Origin: a virus
Taxonomy: Duplodnaviria; Caudoviricetes
Length of the DNA: 64,000 nucleotides
Virus record (IMG/VR): IMGVR_UViG_2786546133_000001
Coordinates: 25,636 to 89,635 of that record
Strand: one strand, 5' to 3'
Shown: piece after piece, positions 9,709 to 19,249 of the stretch
Numbering within the stretch: position 1 is the stretch's first letter
Layout of the letters: each line of letters opens with the position of its first letter
Position numbers and translations under genes: made by a program
Notes under the pieces: generated by a model
What the model was told of the DNA's origin: nothing
What the model saw: the letters and a program-made list of their open reading frames with translations, nothing else
Databases searched by the model: none

Positions 9709-9757
9709 TTGAAAACCAGAACTAGGACAAAGAACCGGACACGAGCGAGGGGGGCCC

Positions 9758-10183
9758 ATGCAGGGCAAGTCACCAAAGCAGCGGCTCACCGCCGCCGAGC
9801 GCCGTAAGCAGGCGTTCGGCCTGTACCTCGCCGGCGTCGACCTCGGCACCATCGCGCAGCAGGTCGGCTACGCCAACGCGAGCAACGCCCACCGCGCGAT
9901 CAAACAGGCCATCGAGGAGAGCACCGTCCGCGAGCAGCTCGAACAGACACAGGCGTCCATGGACGACGCTCGGCGCCTGGCCATGCTGCGGTACGACCGG
10001 CTACAGGCGGCGTTCTGGGGAGCGGCGGTCAAGGACAAGGACCGGCACGCGGCGAACATCGTGCTTAAGTGCATGGCGGGCCGGGACAAGCTGACCGGCG
10101 TCGAGGCGCCCCGCAAGGTCGAGCACTCGGGCGAGGTCACCACGTACGAGATCATCGGCGTCGACCCGGACGACCTCGTATGA
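9758..10183 (+). CDS. Terminase small subunit (putative)
   Basis: N-terminal HTH, KVEHSG tail, directly upstream of terL. Confidence 0.75.
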   Translation: MQGKSPKQRLTAAERRKQAFGLYLAGVDLGTIAQQVGYANASNAHRAIKQAIEESTVREQLEQTQASMDDARRLAMLRYDRLQAAFWGAAVKDKDRHAANIVLKCMAGRDKLTGVEAPRKVEHSGEVTTYEIIGVDPDDLV

Positions 10184-11664
10184 CCACGGTCGCCGAGCGG
10201 ACGGCGCCGGTCGTCACCTTCGAGGCGCGCGGCGCGCACCGCAAGCTGCTGCTGTGCCGGGACACCGAGGTCGCCGCCGTAGGCCGGGCCGGCTCGGGGA
10301 AGACGCTCGCGGCGTGCTGGAAGCTGCACCTGACGGCACTCAAGGTGCCGAACCTGCGGGCCCTCATGCTGCGCGCGACGCACACGAGCCTGACGGCGAC
10401 GACGCTCGTGTCCTTTCAGCGGTACGTCGCCGCGGCGGCGCTCGCCGACGGCTCGGTCCGCTGGTTCGGCGGATCGGGCAAGGATCCGGCGGCGTTCCGG
10501 TACGCCAACGGCAGTCAGATCCTCGTCGCCGGCGGCGACCGGCCCGAGAAGTTCCTGAGCGCCGAACTCGACCGGATCTTCTGTGACGAGGGCGTCGAGA
10601 TCAGCCTCGACCTGTACGAGACGCTGATCTCCCGTCTGCGCGGCGCGGCGCCGACGTACAAACAGATCATGCTCGCGACTAACCCGAGCCACCCGCAGCA
10701 CTGGATCAAACAGCGCGCCGACGGCGCTCAGCTCACGATGATCACCTCGGGGCACCAGGACAACCCCGCCTATGTGCGGCCCGACGGCACGTACACCGAG
10801 GCCGGCCGCGAGTACATGGAGAAGCTCGACGCGCTGACCGGCGTGCGCCGGGCGCGGCTGAAGGACGGGCGTTGGACGAGCGCCGACGGCGCCATCTACG
10901 AGGAGTGGGACGACACGGTGCACGTCGTCGACCGCTTCCCCGTGCCCGACGAGTGGCCGCGGATCTGGGGTGTCGACTTCGGCTTCACGAACCCTTTCAC
11001 GGTGCAGTGGTACGCGATCGATCCGGACGGCCGGCTGTGGATGTACCGCGAGCTGTATATGACCCGGCGCACCACGGACGAGCACGCGAGGACGATCCTC
11101 GACGCCGTCACCGTCGTCGACGAGGAGACCGGCGAACGCGAGTGGACGGAGCCGAGGCCCGTCGCGATCGTCTGCGACCACGACGCCGAGGACCGCGCGA
11201 TCCTGGAGCGCGAGCTGGGGCTCGTCACGACGGCGGCGCACAAGGCGGTGAAGACCGGCATCCAGGCCGTCAAGGCGCGGCTGCGACCGGCCGGTGACGG
11301 ACGCCCGCGGTTCTACGTCATGCGGGACACGCTGATCGAGCGGGACGAGCAGCTCGCCGAGGCGAAGAAACCGATGTGCTTCACGGACGAGGTGCCGGGC
11401 TACGTGTGGGCGAAGCCGGCCGCGGCGAAGGTCGGCAGCAAGGCCGAGCCCGAAGAGCCCTTGAAGGTCGACGACCACGGGATGGACACGGCGCGGTACG
11501 TCGTCGCCGAGCTGGATCTCGTCGGCGAGGCGCGTATCCAGTCGCCGACCAGGCGCGGCCCGCAGCAAGGGCCGGGCGGGCGGGGACGTCCGACGGCGGC
11601 CTCACGGTACGGGCGGGTCGTCGGCGGCCCGAACGGCACGGGCGGCGGCGGAGGCCGCCGGTGA
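10180..11664 (+). CDS. terL: Terminase large subunit (PBSX-like)
   Basis: Walker A GRAGSGKT, Walker B RIFCDE, ATNP, nuclease GVDFG and DDHGMDTARY. Confidence 0.92.
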   Translation: MTTVAERTAPVVTFEARGAHRKLLLCRDTEVAAVGRAGSGKTLAACWKLHLTALKVPNLRALMLRATHTSLTATTLVSFQRYVAAAALADGSVRWFGGSGKDPAAFRYANGSQILVAGGDRPEKFLSAELDRIFCDEGVEISLDLYETLISRLRGAAPTYKQIMLATNPSHPQHWIKQRADGAQLTMITSGHQDNPAYVRPDGTYTEAGREYMEKLDALTGVRRARLKDGRWTSADGAIYEEWDDTVHVVDRFPVPDEWPRIWGVDFGFTNPFTVQWYAIDPDGRLWMYRELYMTRRTTDEHARTILDAVTVVDEETGEREWTEPRPVAIVCDHDAEDRAILERELGLVTTAAHKAVKTGIQAVKARLRPAGDGRPRFYVMRDTLIERDEQLAEAKKPMCFTDEVPGYVWAKPAAAKVGSKAEPEEPLKVDDHGMDTARYVVAELDLVGEARIQSPTRRGPQQGPGGRGRPTAASRYGRVVGGPNGTGGGGGRR

Positions 11665-11705
11665 GCGCGCTCGGCACTCCGCACGCCCGGCGTACCGTCG
11701 ACGCC

Positions 11706-11981
11706 ATGGATCAGGACGCGCTCGCAGAGAAGTACCTTCACGGCCCGCTCGGCGCCGAGATCCGGGCCTCGATCGACTGGGCCCGGACCATCAGCTCGTC
11801 GGGCGACGTGCACACGCTCGAACTGTTCTTCAACCCCGCCGACGTCGAGGACGTGCCCACGGGCGCGACCCTGTTCGGGTACCGCGTGTGCCGCTCGATC
11901 GGCGTCCCCGTCGGGAAGGTGCTCGTCTTCGACCGCCCGTGGGGCAAGTACATCCGCCGCGGCGTCTACCCGCAGGCCTGA
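11706..11981 (+). CDS. Hypothetical protein, probably leaderless
   Basis: TACCGT 7 nt before ATG; coding-like bias. Confidence 0.6.
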   Translation: MDQDALAEKYLHGPLGAEIRASIDWARTISSSGDVHTLELFFNPADVEDVPTGATLFGYRVCRSIGVPVGKVLVFDRPWGKYIRRGVYPQA

Positions 11982-12317
11982 CGCCGTCGTGAGCGAGCGA
12001 GAGCTGAGCGACGCCGAGCAGCGCATCCGGGCGTCCATGAGACGCGCGCTCAGGGCGGAGCTGCGCCGCATGGGGGGCGGCGTGCTCAGGATGCCGCGCC
12101 GGTTCCTGGCCGACGACGTGCCGCGGGGTGAGGGGGGTCAGGCGCCGCCGGCCACGGGGTGTGTTGACCCGCGCCGTCCGGACACTGCATCGGCATGACC
12201 GGCGGTGCCTGCGCCGTCCCGCCCAGGCCCGAAGCCATCGGCGCGGGGACGACCCGCCGTCGAGCGGCGGCGCGGTCACGATAGCCCGGCCGTCTCGCCG
12301 GGCGCCGCTCCGACGTC

Positions 12318-12605
12318 TCACCGTGAGGCGACCGGCCGCCGACTGCGGGACGCGTACGCCCTCGCCGTCCAGAGAGATCGCGTCACCGCTGCTCGCCGCA
12401 GCCTCGCCCGCCGGTCCGTGCGCCGCTGCTCGGCCTCGGCCGCCTCACGCTCGGCGAACGCGCGCCCGATGTCCCGCAGCACCTCGCCGGCCAGGTCACG
12501 CCGGTCGGGCCCGAACGGTACGCCCGTGAACGCCAGGGAGGGACTCGCGATCCACCCCCGGCGGTGCAGCCACCGCTTCACCGCGCCCCGTATGCGTGCC
12601 CTCAC
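12318..12605 (-). CDS. Hypothetical basic protein
   Basis: GGAGGG RBS before GTG 12605; overlaps stop of upstream minus ORF. Confidence 0.5.
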   Translation of the reverse strand: MRARIRGAVKRWLHRRGWIASPSLAFTGVPFGPDRRDLAGEVLRDIGRAFAEREAAEAEQRRTDRRARLRRAAVTRSLWTARAYASRSRRPVASR

Positions 12606-12832
12606 GTGCGTTCCCTCCGTCGGCGTCGGGGGAGCGTAGCCCGGCCCCGCTGCTCGTCGTGCTCGTCGGGAATGAACGCCGTCTCGGCCGGCTCGCTGCT
12701 GCCGGGCTCGTAGATGAGCAGCTCGACGCCGCCCTCGACCGGCACCTCGACAGCCGACAGCGGCGGCCCCTCGGGCCCGTACGGCGCCGTCCCCCGCCCG
12801 TCCCCGGTGCGACGCCCGCAACAGGTGTTCAT
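12602..12832 (-). CDS. Hypothetical protein (MNTCCG...), probably leaderless
   Basis: TACCGT 6 nt before ATG on the minus strand. Confidence 0.45.
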   Translation of the reverse strand: MNTCCGRRTGDGRGTAPYGPEGPPLSAVEVPVEGGVELLIYEPGSSEPAETAFIPDEHDEQRGRATLPRRRRRERT

Positions 12833-12914
12833 GACACGACGGTAGGGGCGAGCGCTGACACACGCCCCCGAAATAGGACAACGCACCAGACCGCGCGCAC
12901 CCTGCGTGCACACT

Positions 12915-12938
12915 GTGCGCAGTGGCGCGCAGTATCCT
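12915..12938 (+). promoter_or_regulatory. Putative operator GTGCGCAGTGGCGCGCAG abutting TATCCT -10 box of head operon
   Basis: Identical 18-mer at 61488-61505 in the cro/repressor intergenic region. Confidence 0.65.
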
Positions 12939-12980
12939 GACCGCCGTCCGTGACCTGGGGATCTTGACGGAGGCGGCCCT

Positions 12981-13313
12981 GTGATCTCTCTGCCCGTGCT
13001 CGCACTGCTCGGCTTCGCCGCCTACAGGGCGACTCAGCTCGTCGTGCATGACACGATCCTCGACCCCGCCCGGCAGGCGCTCGCCGCCTGGCACGTGAAG
13101 AAGCTCGACAGCCGCCCGCGCGCCTTCGTGATGAAGCTGATCAGCTGCGTCTACTGCGCCGGTTACTGGCTGTCGGGCGTGACGCTGCTCGTCTACCTGC
13201 TCGCCGCCGACGCATGGGGCGACGCCCCGTGGATCGTCCACGGGATCGAGTGGTTCGCCGTCGCCGGGGTGCAGGCCCTCCTCAACCGGCGCGACGACTC
13301 GTGGGACGTGTGA
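12981..13313 (+). CDS. DUF1360-like membrane protein with CxxC
   Basis: AAYRATQLVVHDTILDP...LISCVYCAGYW; hydrophobic segments; GGAGG RBS. Confidence 0.75.
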   Translation: MISLPVLALLGFAAYRATQLVVHDTILDPARQALAAWHVKKLDSRPRAFVMKLISCVYCAGYWLSGVTLLVYLLAADAWGDAPWIVHGIEWFAVAGVQALLNRRDDSWDV

Positions 13314-13316
13314 CCC

Positions 13317-15053
13317 GTGGTGCGCCGCGAACTCACCGCCGCCGCCTCCCGCTACACGAAGAAGATCGCCAGTAGCCGCGTCCGGAAGCCCGACTCGTCG
13401 TGGCAGGCCGAGGGCTGGTCGTTCTACGACGTCGTGCCCGAGGTGCGGTTCGCCGCGACCTGGGTCGGCGGCGCCATGTCCGGCGCGACGCTGTTCGCCG
13501 GGCGCCGCGGCGACGACGGCACGATCGAGCGTGCGCCCGACGACCACCCGGCGACCGAGATCGTCCGGCAGATCGCCGGCGGCCCCGACGGGCAGTCGGG
13601 CATGCTCGGCGACTTCGGCCCTCACCTCGTCGTCGCCGGCGAGGGCTGGATCGTCATTCGGCCCACCACCGACAAGGCGACCGGCGCCGTCACCGGCTAC
13701 GAGTGGCGCGTCCTGTCCACGTCCGAGGTGCAGCAGCAGAACGGCAAGCTGACCGTCGAACTCGACGGCGAGCCGGTCGACCTGCCCGCGTACGACGAGG
13801 ACAACCCCGACGAGTCCGCGCCGATAGCGATCCGCGTGTGGAAGCCGCACCCGCGCCGCCACATCGAGGCCGACAGCCCCGTCCGCTCCAGCCTCGTCCT
13901 GCTCGAAGAGCTCCAGCTGTTGAACGCCGCCGTCGCGGCGATCGCCCGGAGCCGGCTGACCGGCCGGGGCGTGCTGCTCGTGCCGAAGGGGACGCGCTTC
14001 CCGACGCCGCCCGGCGCGCGCAACGACGCCGAGGACGACGTGATCGACGTGTTCATGGAGGTCGCCGCGACGGCGATCCGTGAACCGGAGTCCGCCGCGG
14101 CGACCGTCCCGATCGTGCTGGAGGTCCCGGCCGAAGCGATCGGCTCTATCAAGTGGCTGACGTTCGAGTCCGACTTCGACGAACTCGCCCTCAGGTTGCG
14201 CGACGAGGCGATCCGCCGGTTCGCGACCGGCCTCGAAGTCCCGGCAGAGATCTTGTTGGGCCTGTCCGATTCGAACCACTGGAACAGCTGGCTGATCGCG
14301 GGTGAGGCGATCCGACTCGGCGTCGAACCGCGGCTCGCCGTCATCGCGTACGCCCTCACCACGCAGTGGCTGCGCCCGCTGCTCGAAGCCCAAGGCGTCG
14401 ACGACGCCGAGGACTGGCTCGTCTGGTACGACACGAGCGCTCTGAGGGCCTCCAGCAACCGCGCACAGACCGCGCTCGAAGCGTTCCAGCTCGGGCTGAT
14501 CTCCGGTGAGGCCGCCCGCCGCGAAACCGGGTTCACCGAGGACGACCGGCCTGGCGCCACCGACCCCAACGGCGCGCAGCAGCCCGCCGACACGACGCAG
14601 ACGGAGGAACCCAGCAACGTGACGACCCTGCCCGTGGCCGAGTCCCCCAGCATTCCCGACACCCTGCCCGCCTCCGCCGTGCCCGACCTGCCGGCCGAGA
14701 TCCTCGCCGCCGTCGACGGGCTGATCTGGAACGCCCTCTACGCGGCGGGGACCCGGCTGCGGAACCGGCCCGCTTGCCCCCGCTCCGAGCGTGCGCACGC
14801 CCGCAGCATCGTCCCCACCGACCTGCACACCACGTACGCCGTCGACGCCGAGCAGATCGACGAGTGGCGCCTCCTCGAAGGCGCGTGGGTCCGCGTGCCC
14901 GAGATCGCCGCCCGCTACGGCCTCGACCCCGACTGCCTCACGTCCGCGCTCGACGAGTACGCCCGCGCGCTGATCGCCGCCCGTACCCCGTTCACGTTCG
15001 ACGACGTGCCCCGGCTGCTGCGCATGTCCGCCTGCAAGGCAGACGCGGCATGA
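13317..15053 (+). CDS. Portal protein
   Basis: Position after terL, size, PEVRFAATW...VAGEGW...NHWNSW...EAARRETGF. Confidence 0.8.
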   Translation: MVRRELTAAASRYTKKIASSRVRKPDSSWQAEGWSFYDVVPEVRFAATWVGGAMSGATLFAGRRGDDGTIERAPDDHPATEIVRQIAGGPDGQSGMLGDFGPHLVVAGEGWIVIRPTTDKATGAVTGYEWRVLSTSEVQQQNGKLTVELDGEPVDLPAYDEDNPDESAPIAIRVWKPHPRRHIEADSPVRSSLVLLEELQLLNAAVAAIARSRLTGRGVLLVPKGTRFPTPPGARNDAEDDVIDVFMEVAATAIREPESAAATVPIVLEVPAEAIGSIKWLTFESDFDELALRLRDEAIRRFATGLEVPAEILLGLSDSNHWNSWLIAGEAIRLGVEPRLAVIAYALTTQWLRPLLEAQGVDDAEDWLVWYDTSALRASSNRAQTALEAFQLGLISGEAARRETGFTEDDRPGATDPNGAQQPADTTQTEEPSNVTTLPVAESPSIPDTLPASAVPDLPAEILAAVDGLIWNALYAAGTRLRNRPACPRSERAHARSIVPTDLHTTYAVDAEQIDEWRLLEGAWVRVPEIAARYGLDPDCLTSALDEYARALIAARTPFTFDDVPRLLRMSACKADAA

Positions 15054-15280
15054 CCGGCCCGCAGACGCCCGGCACGCCGCCCCAGCGCCCGCGTGCCGTC
15101 CTCGCACGCCTCGACGTCGGCAACCTCCGCGAAGACCTGTGGTGTGCCGACTGCAAGGCGCTGAGCGGCTTCGCCGTCGATGTGCTCGCCATGCACGACG
15201 GCGGCGTGACCGTCGTCGGCACCGTGACCGGCTGCTCGATCTGCATGGACGCCGACCCTCCGGGGGTGGGCCGTGGCTGA
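15050..15280 (+). CDS. Small Zn-ribbon protein
   Basis: ATGA coupling to portal; WCADC...GCSIC. Confidence 0.6.
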   Translation: MTGPQTPGTPPQRPRAVLARLDVGNLREDLWCADCKALSGFAVDVLAMHDGGVTVVGTVTGCSICMDADPPGVGRG

Positions 15281-18200
15281 CACCGTGGACCAGGCGCTCG
15301 CCGACGCCGAGCGCGACGTCGCCGACGAGGTGCGCGCCGTCCTCGACGAACTCGCCGACGACATCGCCGCCGGCCTGGCGGACGCGACCGAGATCGTCGC
15401 CGCCCGCTGGTCGCTGTCTCGCATCGCCGGCATGTGGAGCGCGAAGGTGCCCCGCATCATGCGCCGGCTGTTCCGCGTCGCCGAGACGGCCGGCGAGCAG
15501 GCCGCGAACGACGTCGACGCCACGTTGCCCGACACGTGGGACGGCCTGCCCGGCCGGTACGACCGCGGCGACCTCCCGGCGTCGCTCGGCGACTACGCCA
15601 CCAGCACAGAGCACCTGTTGCGCGCCGTCGGCGACCGGCTCACCGAAGCCGCGGTCGCCGCGCTCGCCGAGGGCCTCGACGCAGGCGAGGACACCGCCCA
15701 GCTCCGCGCCCGGCTGCGTGCCCTGTTCGCCGCCGACGGCGCCCAGCTCGGCGAGTCCCGCGAGGAGCTGATCGCCCGGACCGAAGCCGTGCGCGCGTGG
15801 AATGGGGCGACGCTCGCCGCCGCGCAGGACCTGACGGGCGCGGACCGGCCGCTCGTCAAGCAGTGGCGCACCCGCGGCGACACCCGCGTCCGCGACAGCC
15901 ACCGCAAGGTGGACGGCTTCGTGCGGCTGCTCGACGACCCGTTCACCGTCGGCGGCGTCGACATGCAGTACCCCGGCGACCCGGCCGCGCCCGCCGACCA
16001 GGTCTGCAACTGCCGCTGTGTCCTGCGATTGCAGCGCGCCGAAGCGTCGGCGTCCGCAGGAAGTCAGGCGGGCCTCGGAGACGAATCTTCGAATCAAGGG
16101 CAGGCGACTGCCGCGGCTGACGGGAGCCACCTCATGGGCGGCATGATCGCGCTCATCCCCACCCGCGAGGACGCCGAGCGTCTCGCCCTCGACGGCGGCG
16201 AGGCCGCCGACGAACTGCACTGCACGCTGATGTTCCTCGGCGACCAGGGCGGCGACTGGACCACCGACCAGCGAAACGAACTGATCGCTGGTATCCGCGC
16301 GCGCTTCGCCGCGCTGCCCGGCCCCATCGACGCCCGCCTGTTCGGCGTCAACCACTGGAACCCCGGCGAGAACGGCGTATGGGTGTGGGCGACCGGCGAC
16401 GACAGCCCCGCCTACCCGGCGCTGCCCGACGCCCGCGCGCTCGCCGTCGAGGCGCTGGAAGACACCCACGAGCGCCCCGAGGTGCCCGAGCAGCATTCGC
16501 CCTGGGTCGCCCACGTCACGGGCGCGTACGACGCCGGTACGTGGCCTCTCGACCCGATGTGCGAGCGCCTCGGCCCGGTCCGGTTCGACCGCGTCCGCGT
16601 CGCGTTCGGCGGCGAGCACACGGACATCCCGCTCGGCCCCGAGGAGGAGCCCATGCCCGATACCAGCGCCGCGGCGTACGAGCCGCCCGTCCGCACCTGG
16701 TCCACGCCCGACGGCACCGCCCTTGCCTACGAGAACCAGGAGACCGGCGACGGCCGCGTGTTCGCCGCCGGCTCCCTGTACTGGGACGGCGCCGGCCCGT
16801 GGCCGCTCCAGTACGCCGACGAGATGGGCATGGGCCACGACGGCGCCGAACTCGCGGGCGCGATCCAGGCCATGAACCGCAACGGCGACCGGCTGACCGG
16901 TAACGGCGTGCTGTACCTGACGCAGCAAGCCGGCTGGGAGGCGTCGACGCTGCTCGACCAGAAGGCGCCGCTCGGCGTGTCCGTCGACCTCGATGACGTC
17001 AGTGTCGAGCTCGTCGACAACACCGCCCCGGCCGACGGGCAGCCGGCCGACGGCGGCGACGGGGGCGACGGCGCGCCGGTCCTCGCGTCCGCGACATACG
17101 CCCGCGCCTCCGTGCTGCGGCTCGGCGACGACGGATGGGTGATCACCGCGAGCAGCGCGATCGAGACGACCGCCTCGGCCGCCGCCCTCACCCGCGCCGT
17201 GCAGACCGTGCAGGTCATCTCTGGGCCAGGCGGCCGCATCCCCGCCGACACGGCGCGCGCCCTGTTCCCCGGCGCGCTGACGGCCGCCGCCGGCGACGCC
17301 GACAACCCGGACGGCGGGGTCGTCGTCCACGCCGAGAACGCAGGCGACTACCTGGTCCGCATCACCCGCGCCCGTGTCCGCGGCGCGACGCTCGTCGCGA
17401 TGCCCGCCTACGACAAGGCGCGCATCGTCATCGACCCCGAGCAGGTCCCCGAGGGCGAGCCGACGCAGGCGCCCGCCGAGGACGTCGCTGCGGCGGCCGG
17501 CTCCGACCTCACGCGGGTCGTCGCGCACGTCTGCGGCGCCCCGACGCCGGTCAGCGCCCGCGACGTCGCCGCCGCGCTCGGCCTCACCCTGTCGACGACG
17601 AAGCGGCACCTGCGCGCCGCCGTCCGTGACGAGCGGATCGTCCGCCTCGGGCGCGGCCTGTACGCCGCCCCGTCGACGATCCCCGAAGGCGACGTGTCGG
17701 CCGCCGCGACCGACGACCAGGCGACCGGCGAGCAGCCCACCGGCCACAACAGCGACGACGGCGACCACGGCCACGGCCACGGCATGACCGAACTGGAGGC
17801 GTCCGCCTGGACCGCCATGCGCGCCGCGCCGCCGATGCCCGCCGCCTGGTTCCGCGAGCCCACCGAGGAGGAACTGCCGCCCGGCAGCGGCGGCGTGCAC
17901 TTCGCGGACGGCCGGATCTGGGGATGGGTCGCACAGGCCGGTGTCCCGCACGCCACGCACGGCCGGAAGGTCACGATCGAGAAGCTCGCCGCGAACGACG
18001 GGCTGGACCTGTCGCACTTCCTGCGCGCCCGGTTCACCCTCGACGACGGCAGCGAGGTCCGCGCCGGCGCCTTCACGATGAACGTCGGCCACCACCGCGA
18101 CGGCTACGAATGCGAGACGGCAGCCTGCCAGTTCGACGACTCGCGGACCGTCGCCGGGATCGTCACGGTCGGCATGAGCGAGGGCGGCCTGTGGTTCAGC

Positions 18201-18662
18201 GGCGCGGCGTCGCCGTGGCTCGGCGAGTGGGATCTGAACGTCTTCCGCTCGTGTCAGCCGAGCTACCACATGACGCAGGGGCCCGACGGCCGTTGGCAGC
18301 TCCGCGCGGTCCTGTCCGTGCCCGTGCCCGGCCACTCGTCGCCGCTGCTCGCGTCCGCCGTCGTCGAGCGGTCGAACCTCGCGCTGACGGCCGCCGCCGC
18401 CCTGGCCGACGTCGCCGAGCCGGCCGCGCCGGTCGACGAGCCTGAGCCCGAGCACGCGCGCGCCGACGACGCCTCGCCGGTCGTCGAGCAGCTCACGGCG
18501 GCATTCCTCACCCCGACGTTCCTCGACACCTTCGCCGCTGCACTGGAGGAGCGGCAGCAGCAGCGCGCCGAGGTGCGCGCAGAGGTCGAGGCACTCGCGG
18601 CCCTGGTCGAACCGGGCGCCGCGATCACCGCAAGCGCTGCACCGCAGCAGGAAGGACGCTGA
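15273..18662 (+). CDS. MuF-like minor head protein fused to 2H phosphoesterase, protease/scaffold-like region and wHTH
   Basis: KQWRTRGDTRVRDSH...YPGDP...NCRC (MuF); HCTL and HVTG 2H motifs; VSVDLDD and RVRGATLVAMPAY protease-like segments; SARDVAAALGL..TTKRHL HTH. Confidence 0.75.
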   Translation: MADTVDQALADAERDVADEVRAVLDELADDIAAGLADATEIVAARWSLSRIAGMWSAKVPRIMRRLFRVAETAGEQAANDVDATLPDTWDGLPGRYDRGDLPASLGDYATSTEHLLRAVGDRLTEAAVAALAEGLDAGEDTAQLRARLRALFAADGAQLGESREELIARTEAVRAWNGATLAAAQDLTGADRPLVKQWRTRGDTRVRDSHRKVDGFVRLLDDPFTVGGVDMQYPGDPAAPADQVCNCRCVLRLQRAEASASAGSQAGLGDESSNQGQATAAADGSHLMGGMIALIPTREDAERLALDGGEAADELHCTLMFLGDQGGDWTTDQRNELIAGIRARFAALPGPIDARLFGVNHWNPGENGVWVWATGDDSPAYPALPDARALAVEALEDTHERPEVPEQHSPWVAHVTGAYDAGTWPLDPMCERLGPVRFDRVRVAFGGEHTDIPLGPEEEPMPDTSAAAYEPPVRTWSTPDGTALAYENQETGDGRVFAAGSLYWDGAGPWPLQYADEMGMGHDGAELAGAIQAMNRNGDRLTGNGVLYLTQQAGWEASTLLDQKAPLGVSVDLDDVSVELVDNTAPADGQPADGGDGGDGAPVLASATYARASVLRLGDDGWVITASSAIETTASAAALTRAVQTVQVISGPGGRIPADTARALFPGALTAAAGDADNPDGGVVVHAENAGDYLVRITRARVRGATLVAMPAYDKARIVIDPEQVPEGEPTQAPAEDVAAAAGSDLTRVVAHVCGAPTPVSARDVAAALGLTLSTTKRHLRAAVRDERIVRLGRGLYAAPSTIPEGDVSAAATDDQATGEQPTGHNSDDGDHGHGHGMTELEASAWTAMRAAPPMPAAWFREPTEEELPPGSGGVHFADGRIWGWVAQAGVPHATHGRKVTIEKLAANDGLDLSHFLRARFTLDDGSEVRAGAFTMNVGHHRDGYECETAACQFDDSRTVAGIVTVGMSEGGLWFSGAASPWLGEWDLNVFRSCQPSYHMTQGPDGRWQLRAVLSVPVPGHSSPLLASAVVERSNLALTAAAALADVAEPAAPVDEPEPEHARADDASPVVEQLTAAFLTPTFLDTFAAALEERQQQRAEVRAEVEALAALVEPGAAITASAAPQQEGR

Positions 18663-18665
18663 ACT

Positions 18666-18818
18666 GTGGGATGCAACTGCAAGAACAAGACTCAGTACGA
18701 GGTCGTCAACAGCGAAGGGACGGTCGTGTTCGGGCCGACGCCGTACAAGACGACCGCCGACGCCATGGCGACCCGGCACCAGGGCACCGTGCGCGAGGTC
18801 GCGAAGGACGGCGGCTGA
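18666..18818 (+). CDS. Small protein MGCNCKNK... (not in ORF track)
   Basis: GTG start, 50 aa, AGGAAGG upstream, TGATG coupling to next gene. Confidence 0.65.
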   Translation: MGCNCKNKTQYEVVNSEGTVVFGPTPYKTTADAMATRHQGTVREVAKDGG

Positions 18819-19120
18819 TGGCGTGCGGATCGTGCGGCAGCCGCACCGTGGCCCGCAGCACGGGCACCGGCAGCGCTCCCGTGCGCACCCTGTATCAGGT
18901 CGTCCTCGACGGCGGTAAGGGCCGTACGGCGTTCCAGACGCACGACGTCAACCTTGCCCGGACCGTCCGGGGCAACTACCCGGGCAGCGTGCTCGTCCCG
19001 GACCCCGACGCCGACACCGGCGCCCCGACGATGACGGCGGACGAGCCGGTCGACGAGCAGACCGCCGCCGACGACGCCCAGACGCCCGCTGACGAGCCCG
19101 AAGGCACCGCCGGGCCCTGA
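18818..19120 (+). CDS. Small protein MACGSCGS..., related to the preceding gene
   Basis: Coupled start; YQVV..GG matches YEVV..EG of previous ORF. Confidence 0.65.
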   Translation: MACGSCGSRTVARSTGTGSAPVRTLYQVVLDGGKGRTAFQTHDVNLARTVRGNYPGSVLVPDPDADTGAPTMTADEPVDEQTAADDAQTPADEPEGTAGP

Positions 19121-19146
19121 GCGACGGACTACCCTTTTCCAACGCC

Positions 19147-19185
19147 GTACGGGCGGACGTGAGACCTTTCACCCCCCGCCCGTAC
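19147..19185 (+). terminator. Stem-loop upstream of capsid promoter
   Basis: GTACGGGCGG / CCGCCCGTAC inverted repeat. Confidence 0.45.
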
Positions 19186-19188
19186 AGC

Positions 19189-19243
19189 TAAGATTCCTTT
19201 CGACCGCTGGTTATGGGCCGGGTCTCCTTGAGTCACAGGAGAC
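19189..19243 (+). promoter_or_regulatory. Late leader element 2: TAAGAT + GCTGGTTATGGGCCGGG + SD-occluding hairpin
   Basis: Motif 19206-19222; GTCTCCT pairs with AGGAGAC; ATG 19250. Confidence 0.8.
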
Positions 19244-19249
19244 GCGGTC

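Noticed and set aside
11989-12198. 69-aa ORF MSERELSDAEQR...
   Set aside because: No clear RBS or motif; may be real but unsupported
12318-18779. 2153-aa minus-strand ORF
   Set aside because: Antisense shadow of GC3-rich portal/MuF genes; only the last 95 codons (12318-12605) have an RBS and look real
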